Assembly: GCA_964493715.1 (NCBI GenBank)
Contig: CAZBPC010000010.1
Location: 278 to 64,277 of the forward strand
Direction of reading: 5' to 3'
Length of the DNA: 64,000 nt
DNA from: an uncultured archaeon
GTDB taxonomy: Archaea > Asgardarchaeota > Lokiarchaeia > Sigyniarchaeales > SOKP01
Each line of letters starts with the position of its first letter. Position 1 is the first letter of the stretch. A model generated the notes under the pieces. It did no database searches. It was not told where the DNA came from and saw only the letters and a program-made list of their open reading frames with translations. A program made the translations under genes and the position numbers. Below, piece after piece: positions 9,000-19,385 of the stretch.

Positions 9000-10343
9000 A
9001 TGCATAATAACAATGAGAGTAAAGAAAATGTCGATATACAAGCTGTGGCTTTTAGAAAGATGATATTTCACGTGCTAAGGTTTGTGAATGAAATTAAAGA
9101 TGAACCAGTAGAAGTATTAGGCTTAATTATTGGCAATTTTAGTTCTGAAAAGGGTAGCTTGGCTATCACAGATTCAATTCCTTTATTACATGGAAATAAT
9201 GTAGAATTAGGCTTATCTCAAGAGCTCTATGATTTATTTGAACAAGTAAAAGCATCTCATGATTCAATTATCGGTTTTTATGTTTCTCATCCAGGTTATG
9301 GTTTATTCTTGACTGATTCTGATAAGAAGATTCAACATTATTTCCAAACTGAAGATAATCCAAATGCAATCTGTATAGTATTTGATCATGCTCAAATTGA
9401 TGATAATTTTGGTGTGAAAATTTTTAAATTTAAAGACTACAATAATCCAGAAGAAATTATTGAAATTATCCCACATATCCTTGTTCCTGACAGTCTCGAA
9501 TACTTCAAATGGGTCCAAGAACTAATTGAAAATTATCAAAGAAAAGAACCAATTATTATTAAAGAATATCTTGAAACTCAAAAACCACTTCTCGAAGAAT
9601 TACAGGAGATACCTCAATTACCTGACATTAATGATGAATCAAAAGAAAAACCATCTTCTCAAATGGAAAATTCGATAATTGGTATTCGAACTGGTGCAAG
9701 TACGCTTGCTGATACGTTTGTAAACAATTATTTAAATCAGTTGGATGTATGGCTAAATGATATAGAAGAAGGGAGTCTAAAAGGCGGAGATTTCATCCAA
9801 AGTTCTTTAAATCAGCTTAAAAATACAATTGGAAAAGGTTTAGAAGGTTTGGAAAATTATTTTCAAAAAAAGTTTAACGAAATCTCAGCCGTATTTGTTG
9901 ATGGAATAACTGAATCTTTAGAATCAAGAATCAAAAATCAAAATGATCTAGAAAATTACATAACTTCTATTATTGATAACGTTATTAATAATTCTAACGA
10001 GGTTATCGAGCAAAAACTTAATGAGTTAACAAATGTTGTTGGATCCCAAGTCAACCAATTAGATGAGTTAGTTATGAATCATGATAAAAATGCCAATCGA
10101 ATAGTTGAACTAATTGAAAACAACAAGAATAAAATATCATCACTTTATTCCATATTAGATGATTTTTCGGTAGATGTGATTAATAAGCTAGATACATCCA
10201 ATTCCCAATTTGAGAAGGCAATATTGAATGCGATTGAGAATCAAGGTATAAATTTCGTATCAATCAATGAAAAATATGGAGAAATAGAATTACTTATTGA
10301 AAGGCTCCAAAATCTTATATCTGATTTCAGACAGATGAAGTAA
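9000..10343 (+). CDS. MPN- (degenerate JAMM) paralogue with a coiled-coil C-terminal region
   Basis: Same fold signature (FHVLRF, VEVLGLIIG, IVFDHA), but the motif reads FYVSHPGYGLFLTDSD. The first His is Val (V95) and the Ser is Thr (T105). Starts 3 nt after the MPN+ stop. Confidence 0.8.
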   Translation: MHNNNESKENVDIQAVAFRKMIFHVLRFVNEIKDEPVEVLGLIIGNFSSEKGSLAITDSIPLLHGNNVELGLSQELYDLFEQVKASHDSIIGFYVSHPGYGLFLTDSDKKIQHYFQTEDNPNAICIVFDHAQIDDNFGVKIFKFKDYNNPEEIIEIIPHILVPDSLEYFKWVQELIENYQRKEPIIIKEYLETQKPLLEELQEIPQLPDINDESKEKPSSQMENSIIGIRTGASTLADTFVNNYLNQLDVWLNDIEEGSLKGGDFIQSSLNQLKNTIGKGLEGLENYFQKKFNEISAVFVDGITESLESRIKNQNDLENYITSIIDNVINNSNEVIEQKLNELTNVVGSQVNQLDELVMNHDKNANRIVELIENNKNKISSLYSILDDFSVDVINKLDTSNSQFEKAILNAIENQGINFVSINEKYGEIELLIERLQNLISDFRQMK

Positions 10344-10360
10344 TTATTCTTTTTTTTACT

Positions 10361-10630
10361 TTAAAATTTTAAAGTAGCTAATTTAGCAACGTTTAACTTA
10401 TATTTAGGGATATTTGTATTGAGTCTTTTTAATTGATTTTGTTTAGCAAGATTATTTAAAATTCTTCCTATTCTATCTACACGGATGTTAATACCATAAT
10501 TTTCTTTTAGCACCGAATTAATTTTATATGATGAGAGAATCACCATATTTGAAATATTCTTGTCGCAAAGCATTTCAATTGCTTGACGAATTAGTGATAA
10601 TAGAGTTTCCTTATCGGGTTTACTTTCCAT
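10361..10630 (-). CDS. Hypothetical small protein (possible winged-helix)
   Basis: 89-aa ORF. Helix-turn-helix-like stretch RVDRIGRILNNLAKQNQLKRL. No family recognised. Confidence 0.4.
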   Translation of the reverse strand: MESKPDKETLLSLIRQAIEMLCDKNISNMVILSSYKINSVLKENYGINIRVDRIGRILNNLAKQNQLKRLNTNIPKYKLNVAKLATLKF

Positions 10631-10782
10631 AGGTAATATAATATATCTTGCAATCTTTTTAAAATTTTCAACTCTAATGAACTATACATAATAACCTAAT
10701 ATTGGGAATTTATTTAAGAAAAAAATCATTAATTAAAGATAATTTATATCTCTACGTTATTATTCGTATATATGGGGTTAAA

Positions 10783-13104
10783 ATGAAGGCAACAGAATAT
10801 TTAACTCAATCTAAAAGAAAGCTAAAGGAAGTTTCAAATAAAATCTTATATCAAGAAATTATTGTTGATGGTCAAGAACCACCAAAATTCTATTCTTATG
10901 AAAAGAAATTTATGGGTTTGTATGCTATTTTTCTTTTTTATTCATTCCTCATTTTATTTGCCATTAATTATCCTCGGCATGCTTTAGTCCTTTTTTTTAC
11001 AATTGGAAATCCTTTTGCATTTGGTAATGCCATTATAGGACTTTTCATCTCTCTTGCTATTCTATTCAGCATTGATAAAGTTCGTGTATTTATATTTGAA
11101 AGAAATACAGCTATTAAACAAGTAGTTCTTTATGTTGGATTAATGGCAGGATATCTTTTACTTTTTTCATTCTTAACTTCTACGGGGTTAAACTTTATGA
11201 GTTATTTATTAGGTTTGTCAACGGTTTGGCTAATTTTATTGAGTACTCGATTTTTTATGTATTCTCGTAAATTTGCCACTAAAATTGAATCTCGATTTAT
11301 TTCTAAATTTACAGTTACAAGGAGTTCAATTGCATTCATTGCTCCATATTTTATATTAGCTGTATTAGTTATTTTAGCTTTATTTTATCGAAGTTTATTA
11401 GTATTTCTATCACTTGATTTCTTTGCTATACCAGCTCCAGTAGAAGCTGTTTCAGTATACATCTTAGAAATGAGAGTAATAATGCCCCTTATTTACTTTA
11501 GTTTGATTCTAACGTTATTATTCATCTTATTTGAATTTGTATTTACACGTAGAAGAGCAGAAACAAAAAGAGCGGGTGTGTATGATAATTATACTTTTTC
11601 ATTAATTGTATTATTCATATTCTTTTTCCAATTACTTCAAGTTAGTATCTACTTGATTCTGCATGAAGAGACGATTTCTGCAATAAAAACAACCGTAGGT
11701 GCTACAAGTGCCACGGTTACTTACATATTTATTTTTGAATTTATAATTTCAATGTTCTTCCTCTATCGCATTGTAAAGAAATTAGGACGATCAATTGGAT
11801 GGCGATTATTAATATTTAAAAAAGATGGATTAATGGTATTGATTTTAGGTTGTGTTTATGCTCAGACGCTTTCTCGATATGCTCTTCAAAATCAAATACC
11901 ATATCAAGGTATTACAGTGGTAGGTCAAATATTCATGGCGGATAAATTTCTTGTTTCTATAATTATGATTATATTCCTTGGACTAACTTTATTGGTATAT
12001 TATTTGAAACCTCATGAAACTTCAATGTTTATTAGATTACAAAAAGAAACAGTCTCTGAAGAAGAAAAAGATTCCGATATCGTGCTGAAATTAATAAGGA
12101 GTGAATACATTCGAAGAGGTGAGGCATATCCCATCGAAATTCTAGAAAGAGAGTTAATTAAATCAACAAGACTTTCAAAACAAAAAGTTTATTCAATAAT
12201 CAACAAATTAGCTTCTGATAATATCGATATAAAGATAAGCAATAAGAAAGATGATTTAGGAATGACGCATAAATATCTTGATTTTGTCTCAGTGATAGAA
12301 AAATTCGATCGGAAAGGAGTAGCAGATAAGAAGGCAAAAAAGTATCTCAGTGAAAGATTATTTGACACCATGTCTAAAAAAGAAAAAACACTCAAATTAG
12401 GAGGAAATTTACAATCCAATGGTTCCTCAAATCAATTCTTGAATTCTTTATCTACTGACTATACCAAGAAACAATTAGATGAAAAAAATATAAAAACCCA
12501 ACAAAAAAGCACCACTTTTTCGTTCGCTCAGAAAGAAATTCCTCCTTCACTAAAGAACAATATTATACTCACAATAAAAAAGGAATATACATATAGAATC
12601 GAAAATGCGGATAAATATCCAGATTTTCATTTTTGTATTTCTGAAATAGCCTCTGAAATACAATCAGAAACAAGGATAACAGTTGGTGAACTCTATCCAA
12701 TACTTGAGACTATCAATGAATCAGACATCGAGTTTGAGTTGCTCGATAATCAAGAAGAACCTGATGATAAAATTATTAGTTTTTTTCCCATTGCGGATTA
12801 TGATTTAAGCTATATTATTTCAAATTTCCGTCCTGAAGAATATGTTAAAATAAAAATACGATTATTAAAGCAATTTCTAAAATTTTTTAACCGCAAAAAG
12901 GTTAAAGCTACTTTCACAAAATTAAAGAAAGAAATAACAGATAAGAATGACGTAGATAAATCCTGGAAGCAAATTTTGACAAGATTAGAAAATTACTTTA
13001 CAGATTATTCAAACACTCACATAAAACTTATCAACGGTGAAGGTGGAGAAAAAATATTTGATCAATTCCCAAAAAAAAATATTGACATTTTTGATTTTGA
13101 ATAG
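10783..13104 (+). CDS. Polytopic membrane protein with a roughly 370-aa cytoplasmic tail carrying two wHTH-like segments
   Basis: About a dozen hydrophobic segments in the first 430 aa, then a soluble Lys/Glu-rich tail. I prefer ATG 10783 (MKATEYL); the ORF track starts at TTG 10702. Confidence 0.6.
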   Translation: MKATEYLTQSKRKLKEVSNKILYQEIIVDGQEPPKFYSYEKKFMGLYAIFLFYSFLILFAINYPRHALVLFFTIGNPFAFGNAIIGLFISLAILFSIDKVRVFIFERNTAIKQVVLYVGLMAGYLLLFSFLTSTGLNFMSYLLGLSTVWLILLSTRFFMYSRKFATKIESRFISKFTVTRSSIAFIAPYFILAVLVILALFYRSLLVFLSLDFFAIPAPVEAVSVYILEMRVIMPLIYFSLILTLLFILFEFVFTRRRAETKRAGVYDNYTFSLIVLFIFFFQLLQVSIYLILHEETISAIKTTVGATSATVTYIFIFEFIISMFFLYRIVKKLGRSIGWRLLIFKKDGLMVLILGCVYAQTLSRYALQNQIPYQGITVVGQIFMADKFLVSIIMIIFLGLTLLVYYLKPHETSMFIRLQKETVSEEEKDSDIVLKLIRSEYIRRGEAYPIEILERELIKSTRLSKQKVYSIINKLASDNIDIKISNKKDDLGMTHKYLDFVSVIEKFDRKGVADKKAKKYLSERLFDTMSKKEKTLKLGGNLQSNGSSNQFLNSLSTDYTKKQLDEKNIKTQQKSTTFSFAQKEIPPSLKNNIILTIKKEYTYRIENADKYPDFHFCISEIASEIQSETRITVGELYPILETINESDIEFELLDNQEEPDDKIISFFPIADYDLSYIISNFRPEEYVKIKIRLLKQFLKFFNRKKVKATFTKLKKEITDKNDVDKSWKQILTRLENYFTDYSNTHIKLINGEGGEKIFDQFPKKNIDIFDFE

Positions 13105-13148
13105 CTTGAATGAATAAATAAAGCATATTTCATTTTATTTTTTGATAT

Positions 13149-14429
13149 ATGGTGGATAAAGTTAGATCTCAATCATTTTTTTCAAAATCGTTTCTTGGGT
13201 TATCATCCTTTCAAATGTTAGCCATGTTTCGTCGTGGGATGTTTTATACGTACTTATCAATATATTTTAGAAGCTTTTTGCTCCTTTCTGTAACTGAAAC
13301 AACTCTTTATGCCACTCTACCTATGTTAATGAGCGTAATCTTTCAAAATTTCGTGTGGGGCCCATTAAGTGATAAATTGCAAAGACGTAGAACATTGATC
13401 ATACTTGGAGAAATAATGGCAGGAATAGGCACAATATTGGTTTGGTTTTTCCATTATGGAATTTCAAATTTGTATGTTGCGGGATATGTGATTATCATTG
13501 GATTATCTATAATTGAGATCTTTTGGAGCATGAGTAATATTGCTTGGTCGGCTTTAATTAGTGATTTGTACCCCTCTATTGAAAGAAGTAAAATTATGGG
13601 AAGATTAACTAGTCTTGGAGGATTAGGGCGAGTTTTTGGTATTTCTATTGGAGGGATATTATATAATTATGGATTTGGTTTTCGAGATGGTCCATTATTT
13701 ATTGTTGCATCATTAGTAATGTTCATTTCCACATTTCCCATGCTATTAACACCGGAGGGTGGAATCCATCATCTGGTCGAGATAAATGAAACGGATACCG
13801 AATTAAACAATTCCGATAATGAATCTTACAAAAAAATCTTTATCATATTCATTATTTCCTTACTTCTCATTAATTTTGGAAGAAATAGTATTTCTGTCCC
13901 CTATTCCCAATTTCTTGTTTTGCCGACGGGATTTGCTGTAGATAGCATCATGCTTAGCTGGATTGCAAATACCAGATCGATTTCAGTTCTTTTAATTGGA
14001 TTTTCAGCGGGTTTTTTGAGCAAAAAACTAGGACATTCAAGAACCTTAATATTAGGATCATTAATAGCGATTTTTTCATTAGTTATTACCGCAATTGCCA
14101 CCAATTTAAGCATTATCTTTATAGGTAGCTTTTTAATGGGAACTGGAGAAGTTATTATTTACGCATCATCTTATGCGATTGCTTCTAACTTAATACCTGA
14201 AAAAATCAGAGCTAAATTATTCGGAGTTTATAATACTACATTTTTTCTGTCATGGGGTCTTGCTTGCACATTAATATCTGGACCAATGATAGATGCCTTG
14301 TTAAGTGCTGGTGTTCTTGAAACTTTAGCTTATCAAGCCGCAATTCTTTTAGGAGCGTTTATTACATTATTGGGTTTAACAATTTTTATTATTTTAGAGA
14401 TTATGTTGCATATTAAGAAAAAAAATTAA
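13149..14429 (+). CDS. Major facilitator superfamily transporter
   Basis: 426 aa in a 6+6 TM layout with a central loop. MFS loop motif GPLSDKLQRRRTLI between TM2 and TM3. Confidence 0.75.
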   Translation: MVDKVRSQSFFSKSFLGLSSFQMLAMFRRGMFYTYLSIYFRSFLLLSVTETTLYATLPMLMSVIFQNFVWGPLSDKLQRRRTLIILGEIMAGIGTILVWFFHYGISNLYVAGYVIIIGLSIIEIFWSMSNIAWSALISDLYPSIERSKIMGRLTSLGGLGRVFGISIGGILYNYGFGFRDGPLFIVASLVMFISTFPMLLTPEGGIHHLVEINETDTELNNSDNESYKKIFIIFIISLLLINFGRNSISVPYSQFLVLPTGFAVDSIMLSWIANTRSISVLLIGFSAGFLSKKLGHSRTLILGSLIAIFSLVITAIATNLSIIFIGSFLMGTGEVIIYASSYAIASNLIPEKIRAKLFGVYNTTFFLSWGLACTLISGPMIDALLSAGVLETLAYQAAILLGAFITLLGLTIFIILEIMLHIKKKN

Positions 14430-14446
14430 ACAAGAAAATTAATAAT

Positions 14447-15367
14447 CTAAATATGGTAAATGGGTTGATATATTTGTGCTTTTCGAACTTCTGGTGAATA
14501 TATTGACAGTAATATTGAAATAAATACCATTCCTGATCCACTAAACAAAAGCATCAAGAGAGAAAAGATATCATATTCTTCAAGAAGAAATATATAAATA
14601 ACAAAAAGTATATCAATAAAAGCTAAAAAAAATACAACCAATGTTAACTTGTAAGTCCAACTTAACGATTGATTCAATTCTTCTCCAGAATTATTTCTCA
14701 AATAGAGATTGGATTGATTATTTAGTGATAATTGTTTGAATATGGAAATTGAAGATTTAATTTCCCAATTGATATAATAATATAAGTGCCCTCTTTCATT
14801 TGCCTCATTATCAATCCTCTGAATTGAATATTTTTGAAGGTTAATAATATGGTGAAGAAAGCGATTTATTGCTTTGAATCTTAGTGCTTGCTTAGGTGTT
14901 TTGATACAATCTTCGGAGGTATAAATCCATAATTGAACCGCTCCTGTTCGAAAAATGTATGGGTAAAAAACAACAACACCAATCCCTGTAAAAGGATTTG
15001 TTTCTTGCTGTTTTTGATGTTTCATTTTAGCAGTAATTTGCATAATTTCAGTCCATTCTATTCTTTTATAATGAAATCTATAGAAAATTGTAAGACCATT
15101 TGGGTCAATTCGTAAATAATACCAAGTAAACATATAAACAAGGATGCTTAAACCTAAAAAGGCGAAAATAAAAAACCAGATCATTATAATACTAGTGGTT
15201 CGATTAAGAGAAAATTCAATATAAATAGCAAATACCATAAGGATGATAAAGACAATAATTTCTCCAAGTGCAATCTTAGAATAGAAACATTGAGCTTTTT
15301 GATTTCTTGGAGTAAATTCTTGAGGGGGCGTCGTTTGATTATTCATATTAAATAGACGAATCATCAA
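14447..15367 (-). CDS. Hypothetical membrane protein with a central bacterial-PH-like segment
   Basis: 306 aa. TM pairs at both ends. Middle region YLRIDPNGLTIFYRFHYKRIEWTEIMQI resembles bPH membrane-associated domains. Confidence 0.45.
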   Translation of the reverse strand: MMIRLFNMNNQTTPPQEFTPRNQKAQCFYSKIALGEIIVFIILMVFAIYIEFSLNRTTSIIMIWFFIFAFLGLSILVYMFTWYYLRIDPNGLTIFYRFHYKRIEWTEIMQITAKMKHQKQQETNPFTGIGVVVFYPYIFRTGAVQLWIYTSEDCIKTPKQALRFKAINRFLHHIINLQKYSIQRIDNEANERGHLYYYINWEIKSSISIFKQLSLNNQSNLYLRNNSGEELNQSLSWTYKLTLVVFFLAFIDILFVIYIFLLEEYDIFSLLMLLFSGSGMVFISILLSIYSPEVRKAQIYQPIYHI

Positions 15368-15545
15368 ATAATTGGAATCTAATCTTTAAACAATCAGTTT
15401 CTAAAAATAATTAGACTATATAAATGTAACCTAATTATCCTATTTTGACTTCGAAGTGATTAAAGTAAAAGAATTAAAGTAAATAACAGCTTAGTTAAGA
15501 GATAAAATATAGAACACTTTTAAAAATAGAATAAAAAAAAATTAA

Positions 15546-15713
15546 TTATTTACAACAATTTTCACAGACATATTCGTCGAGGCTGATAAAGCCGCACTCG
15601 GGTCCCATATAACATTCGTAAGTATGATTTTCTTCGTTGTATATCATACTATGGTCACAATGTAGAGGAATCGTTTCGCTAACCTTACCACATTTTGTAC
15701 ATTTTAATTCCAT
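15546..15713 (-). CDS. Small Cys/His-rich metal-binding protein, paralogue of the CopA C-terminal module
   Basis: My own translation: MELKCTKCGKVSETIPLHCDHSMIYNEENHTYECYMGPECGFISLDEYVCENCCK. It aligns with the last 56 aa of CopA (LKCxxC...PxHCxxxM...CxMGxxCG). Lies 20 nt downstream of copA. Confidence 0.55.
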   Translation of the reverse strand: MELKCTKCGKVSETIPLHCDHSMIYNEENHTYECYMGPECGFISLDEYVCENCCK

Positions 15714-15733
15714 TTTGTATAAACTCCTTAATT

Positions 15734-18700
15734 TTAATTTTCAATAATTTTCATGGGTTTACCATGGTGTTTTGGAATTGGCTGAGTTCCACATGAGGAG
15801 CCCATCCAACAAACTAATTGGTCATCTTCTTTATGCATAGGTTTACCACAATGTTGTGGTAAATCTTGCTGAAAGTCACATTCTACGCATTTTAATTTTA
15901 CCATTTTTTCTTCGACCTCCTTTTTATTAGATTTATTATTTTCTTCCTTAATTTCAATATATTTATCTGGTTCGTTCTTAAAATCCATTAAGCATGAATT
16001 ATTGCAAAAATAATATTTTTTCCCCTTATACTCATATTCAATCCAATCCTCTGGTTTTCCCTTCATTCCGCAAACTGGATCAGTTACAAGATTTTCTGAT
16101 GGTGTTTGCATTTGCATTAGTTTAGGATTAATATTATCAAAATTCATATATTTTTCCGGGTTAGATTTAAATTCTTTTTCACATCCAGCGCTACAGAAAT
16201 AATATTTTTTATCTTTGTATTTGTATTCAATTGATTGGCTTGGGATGATCTCCATACCACATATTGGATCAATTACCCTTTCTTCAGTCAATGACTTTAA
16301 TTCTTGTATTTGTTGTTTTGTTTTTGGTTCATAACGTTTTAAAAACAATGCATTAGTAACAACTGAAACAGAACTAGAAGCCATAAAAATAGCGGCTAAG
16401 TATGGAGGGAGAAAATTTCCTGTTATGGTGAATAATAGTCCAGCTGCCAATGGAATACCAATAATGTTATAAATTAGTGCCCAGAATAAGTTGGTGATCA
16501 TTTTTCGATATGTCTTTTTTGACAGATTAATTGCTGCCACTACATTTCTTAGATCTCCTCTCATCAGAACAATATCTGCAGTCTCTATCGCCACATCTGT
16601 CCCTGAACCTATTGCAATCCCAACATCTGCTTGTGCTAATGCAGGCGCGTCATTAATACCATCTCCTACCATGGCGACGTAAATGTTTTCAGCAGATTCT
16701 TGCAAATTTTTTATAGTGATAGCTTTTTCATTTGGTAATACTTCTGCTAATATATGGTTTTCATCAAATTTTAACTCTTTTCCAATGTTCATAGCAGTTT
16801 GTTTATTGTCTCCAGTTAACATATAAATGTCTAAGCCTTTTTTTCGTAATTCCTCAAGAGCATAAGGAGTTTGATCTTTCACTTTATCAGAAATTCCTAG
16901 TATTCCTTTCACTTGACTATCAATGCTAATTAGAATCGTTGTTATACCTCTTTGTTGGTATTCATTGAACATGTCTTTATATTCTGTAATTGAGATGTTA
17001 TTATCTTCAAATAATTTTTCATTACCTAAATGAACCTTTTTATTAGATACAATTGTGATAATACCTTTCCCCGGAATTGCTTCGAAATCAACAGGAGAAG
17101 TTAGTGATAAACCTCTCTGATTTGCTTCTTCAATAATAGACTGTCCAATTGGATGTTCCGATCCCATTTCAGCACTTCCTGCATAAAAAAGTAAGTCTTT
17201 ATCGCTCATACCTTCATTTTTTAAATCCTTTTCAGAATAAATAATAGATACTTTTGGTTTTCCTATTGTCAATGTTCCCGTTTTATCAAAAACAATTGAA
17301 TTAATATTATTTACAGCTTCTAAGGAATCCCCTCCTTTCATTAAAATTCCATTTTCTGCACCTTTTCCTGTACCTACCATTATTGCGGTTGGAATAGCTA
17401 ACCCCAAAGCACAAGGACAAGAAATAACAACAACGGAGGAAAATACTAATAAAGCAATCTCAAGGGTCTTAGCCGCAATAAAGTACCAATAAAGAAAAGC
17501 CCCAGTAGCAATAATTATTACAATAGGAACAAAATAATTACTAACCTTGTCTGCTAGGCGTTGCCTAGATCCTTTTCTTGCCTGAGCCTCTTTTACAAAA
17601 TCGATTATCTGAAATAAAAGAGTCTCCTTTCCAACCTTTTCAGTAATTATCTTAATTAAGCCTGTTTGATTTATTGTAGCGCCAATAACCTTGTCATCAA
17701 TGGACTTTTTAACATATTTACTTTCTCCTGTAATCATAGATTCATCAATCTTAGTCTTTCCTTCAATAACTCTTCCATCTACGGGTATTTTTTCTCCTGG
17801 TCTAACTATTAATTGATCACCGATTTCAATTTCTTCTATTGGAATTTCGATTTCTTTACCATCTCTAAATAGGGTAGCAGTTTTGGGTTGTAAGCCAATT
17901 AATTTCTTTATTGCTTCTGAAGCTTGTCCCTTAGTTTTATGTTCTAGGTATTTACCAACTAATATGAATGCAAAAATCATACTCATAGCATCATAAAATA
18001 CGTCTCCAGAAATAAAGAATGTAGTTAACAATGAATAAGCGTAAGCAGTCGTTGTTCCTAATACAATTAGAACATCCATATTTGTTGACTTGCTTTTTAA
18101 TGATTTATAAGCCCCTCCTAAGAAAAATGATCCAGAGATAGCATAGTTTGCAGTAGAGAGAATTGCTAAAATTAGATTCCGCGTAAATGTTGGTGGAATA
18201 ATAAAGTTTATAGGAGATATAATTGCCGCAAATATTATTGATATAATAAGAAGTCGTAATCGATATTTCATTTCTTTTTTATGTTGCTCAAGTTCTTTGT
18301 CCACAGCGCCAGCAGTTTTTTCGATTTTATATCCAAAATTCTTAATTCTTGAATAAATTTCTTGTTCGTTCAATTTTAATTCATTGAATTCAATGAAAAA
18401 TTTTAGCGCTTCAAGATTGCCTCTTACATTATATATTCCTTCAATTTCTCTGATTTTTTTTTCTAAATTTACGAATTCTTCCGGAGAAATAGAGCCAATA
18501 ACTTTAAGATCCATTTTAGCTAACGAAGCTTTGTATCCTAAATCTTTAATAGCTTTGTTGAATTCGTCATAATTAGTGATTTTTCCATTATATTCTACAG
18601 TAGCTTCTTCATTTGCGAAATTAACAACTGAGCTATTGACTCCATCAATATTTTTTAATTTTGTTTCAATTTTTAGGGCACAATTAGCACAAGTCATTCC

Positions 18701-18736
18701 ACCAAGCTTGATTTTAACTTTATCTTTAGATTCCAA
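15734..18736 (-). CDS. copA: Copper-translocating P1B-type ATPase with a C-terminal 2x TRASH/YHS plus Cys/His-rich extension
   Basis: N-terminal HMA GMTCANC, TGES, SCPCALG (CPC), DKTGT, SEHP and GDGINDAP. Residues 823-1000 add two DP[IV]CGM...YYFC..xC...F TRASH/YHS units and a Cys/His module. Confidence 0.9.
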   Translation of the reverse strand: MESKDKVKIKLGGMTCANCALKIETKLKNIDGVNSSVVNFANEEATVEYNGKITNYDEFNKAIKDLGYKASLAKMDLKVIGSISPEEFVNLEKKIREIEGIYNVRGNLEALKFFIEFNELKLNEQEIYSRIKNFGYKIEKTAGAVDKELEQHKKEMKYRLRLLIISIIFAAIISPINFIIPPTFTRNLILAILSTANYAISGSFFLGGAYKSLKSKSTNMDVLIVLGTTTAYAYSLLTTFFISGDVFYDAMSMIFAFILVGKYLEHKTKGQASEAIKKLIGLQPKTATLFRDGKEIEIPIEEIEIGDQLIVRPGEKIPVDGRVIEGKTKIDESMITGESKYVKKSIDDKVIGATINQTGLIKIITEKVGKETLLFQIIDFVKEAQARKGSRQRLADKVSNYFVPIVIIIATGAFLYWYFIAAKTLEIALLVFSSVVVISCPCALGLAIPTAIMVGTGKGAENGILMKGGDSLEAVNNINSIVFDKTGTLTIGKPKVSIIYSEKDLKNEGMSDKDLLFYAGSAEMGSEHPIGQSIIEEANQRGLSLTSPVDFEAIPGKGIITIVSNKKVHLGNEKLFEDNNISITEYKDMFNEYQQRGITTILISIDSQVKGILGISDKVKDQTPYALEELRKKGLDIYMLTGDNKQTAMNIGKELKFDENHILAEVLPNEKAITIKNLQESAENIYVAMVGDGINDAPALAQADVGIAIGSGTDVAIETADIVLMRGDLRNVVAAINLSKKTYRKMITNLFWALIYNIIGIPLAAGLLFTITGNFLPPYLAAIFMASSSVSVVTNALFLKRYEPKTKQQIQELKSLTEERVIDPICGMEIIPSQSIEYKYKDKKYYFCSAGCEKEFKSNPEKYMNFDNINPKLMQMQTPSENLVTDPVCGMKGKPEDWIEYEYKGKKYYFCNNSCLMDFKNEPDKYIEIKEENNKSNKKEVEEKMVKLKCVECDFQQDLPQHCGKPMHKEDDQLVCWMGSSCGTQPIPKHHGKPMKIIEN

Positions 18737-18968
18737 ATATAATCGCTATTTTGGATTAGTTATTATAAGATTATTAAATTACTTTGAAATAGGTATGGAT
18801 TATAAATTGTAAATAAAAATACTCATTTTATTAAAAATAAGAAGAATTTGGGTCAATTTTAAATATAATATTATTATAATTATCCAAGTAAATGGACGCT
18901 CTCAATAGTTTAATATTTTAAGGTTTAATAAAAAATGCAAATTGAGGTCTAAAAGAATATAGGTTGAG

Positions 18969-19325
18969 TCATTTTTCTCGATATTTATTAATTGCATCAC
19001 GTAAGGCATCAGCAGCAAGATTACTACAATGCATTTTAATAGGAGGTAACCCATCTAAGGCATCGGCAACATCATTTTTAGTGATGCTATATGCCTCATC
19101 AAGAGTCTTGCCCTTTGCTAATTCTGTGATCATAGAGGACGTGGCGATAGCAGCCGCACATCCAAATGTTTGAAAGCTGATATCCTCGATAATCTCCTTT
19201 CCATTTTCTTTTTTGACTTTTATATAAATATACATCAGATCTCCACATATAGGATTCCCATGTTCACCCACAGCACTCGCATCTTTAAGTTCTCCCATAT
19301 TTCGTGGGGATTTAAAATGATCCAT
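18969..19325 (-). CDS. iscU: NifU N-terminal/IscU-like Fe-S cluster scaffold
   Basis: GNPICGD, FQTFGCAAAIATSS and MHCSNLAADAL give the three conserved Cys of IscU/NifU-N. Confidence 0.85.
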   Translation of the reverse strand: MDHFKSPRNMGELKDASAVGEHGNPICGDLMYIYIKVKKENGKEIIEDISFQTFGCAAAIATSSMITELAKGKTLDEAYSITKNDVADALDGLPPIKMHCSNLAADALRDAINKYREK

Positions 19326-19385
19326 AACTTTATCAGAATAAATGTTTGAGCACCTTATTCAAGTATTATCCAATTTAAATAAATA

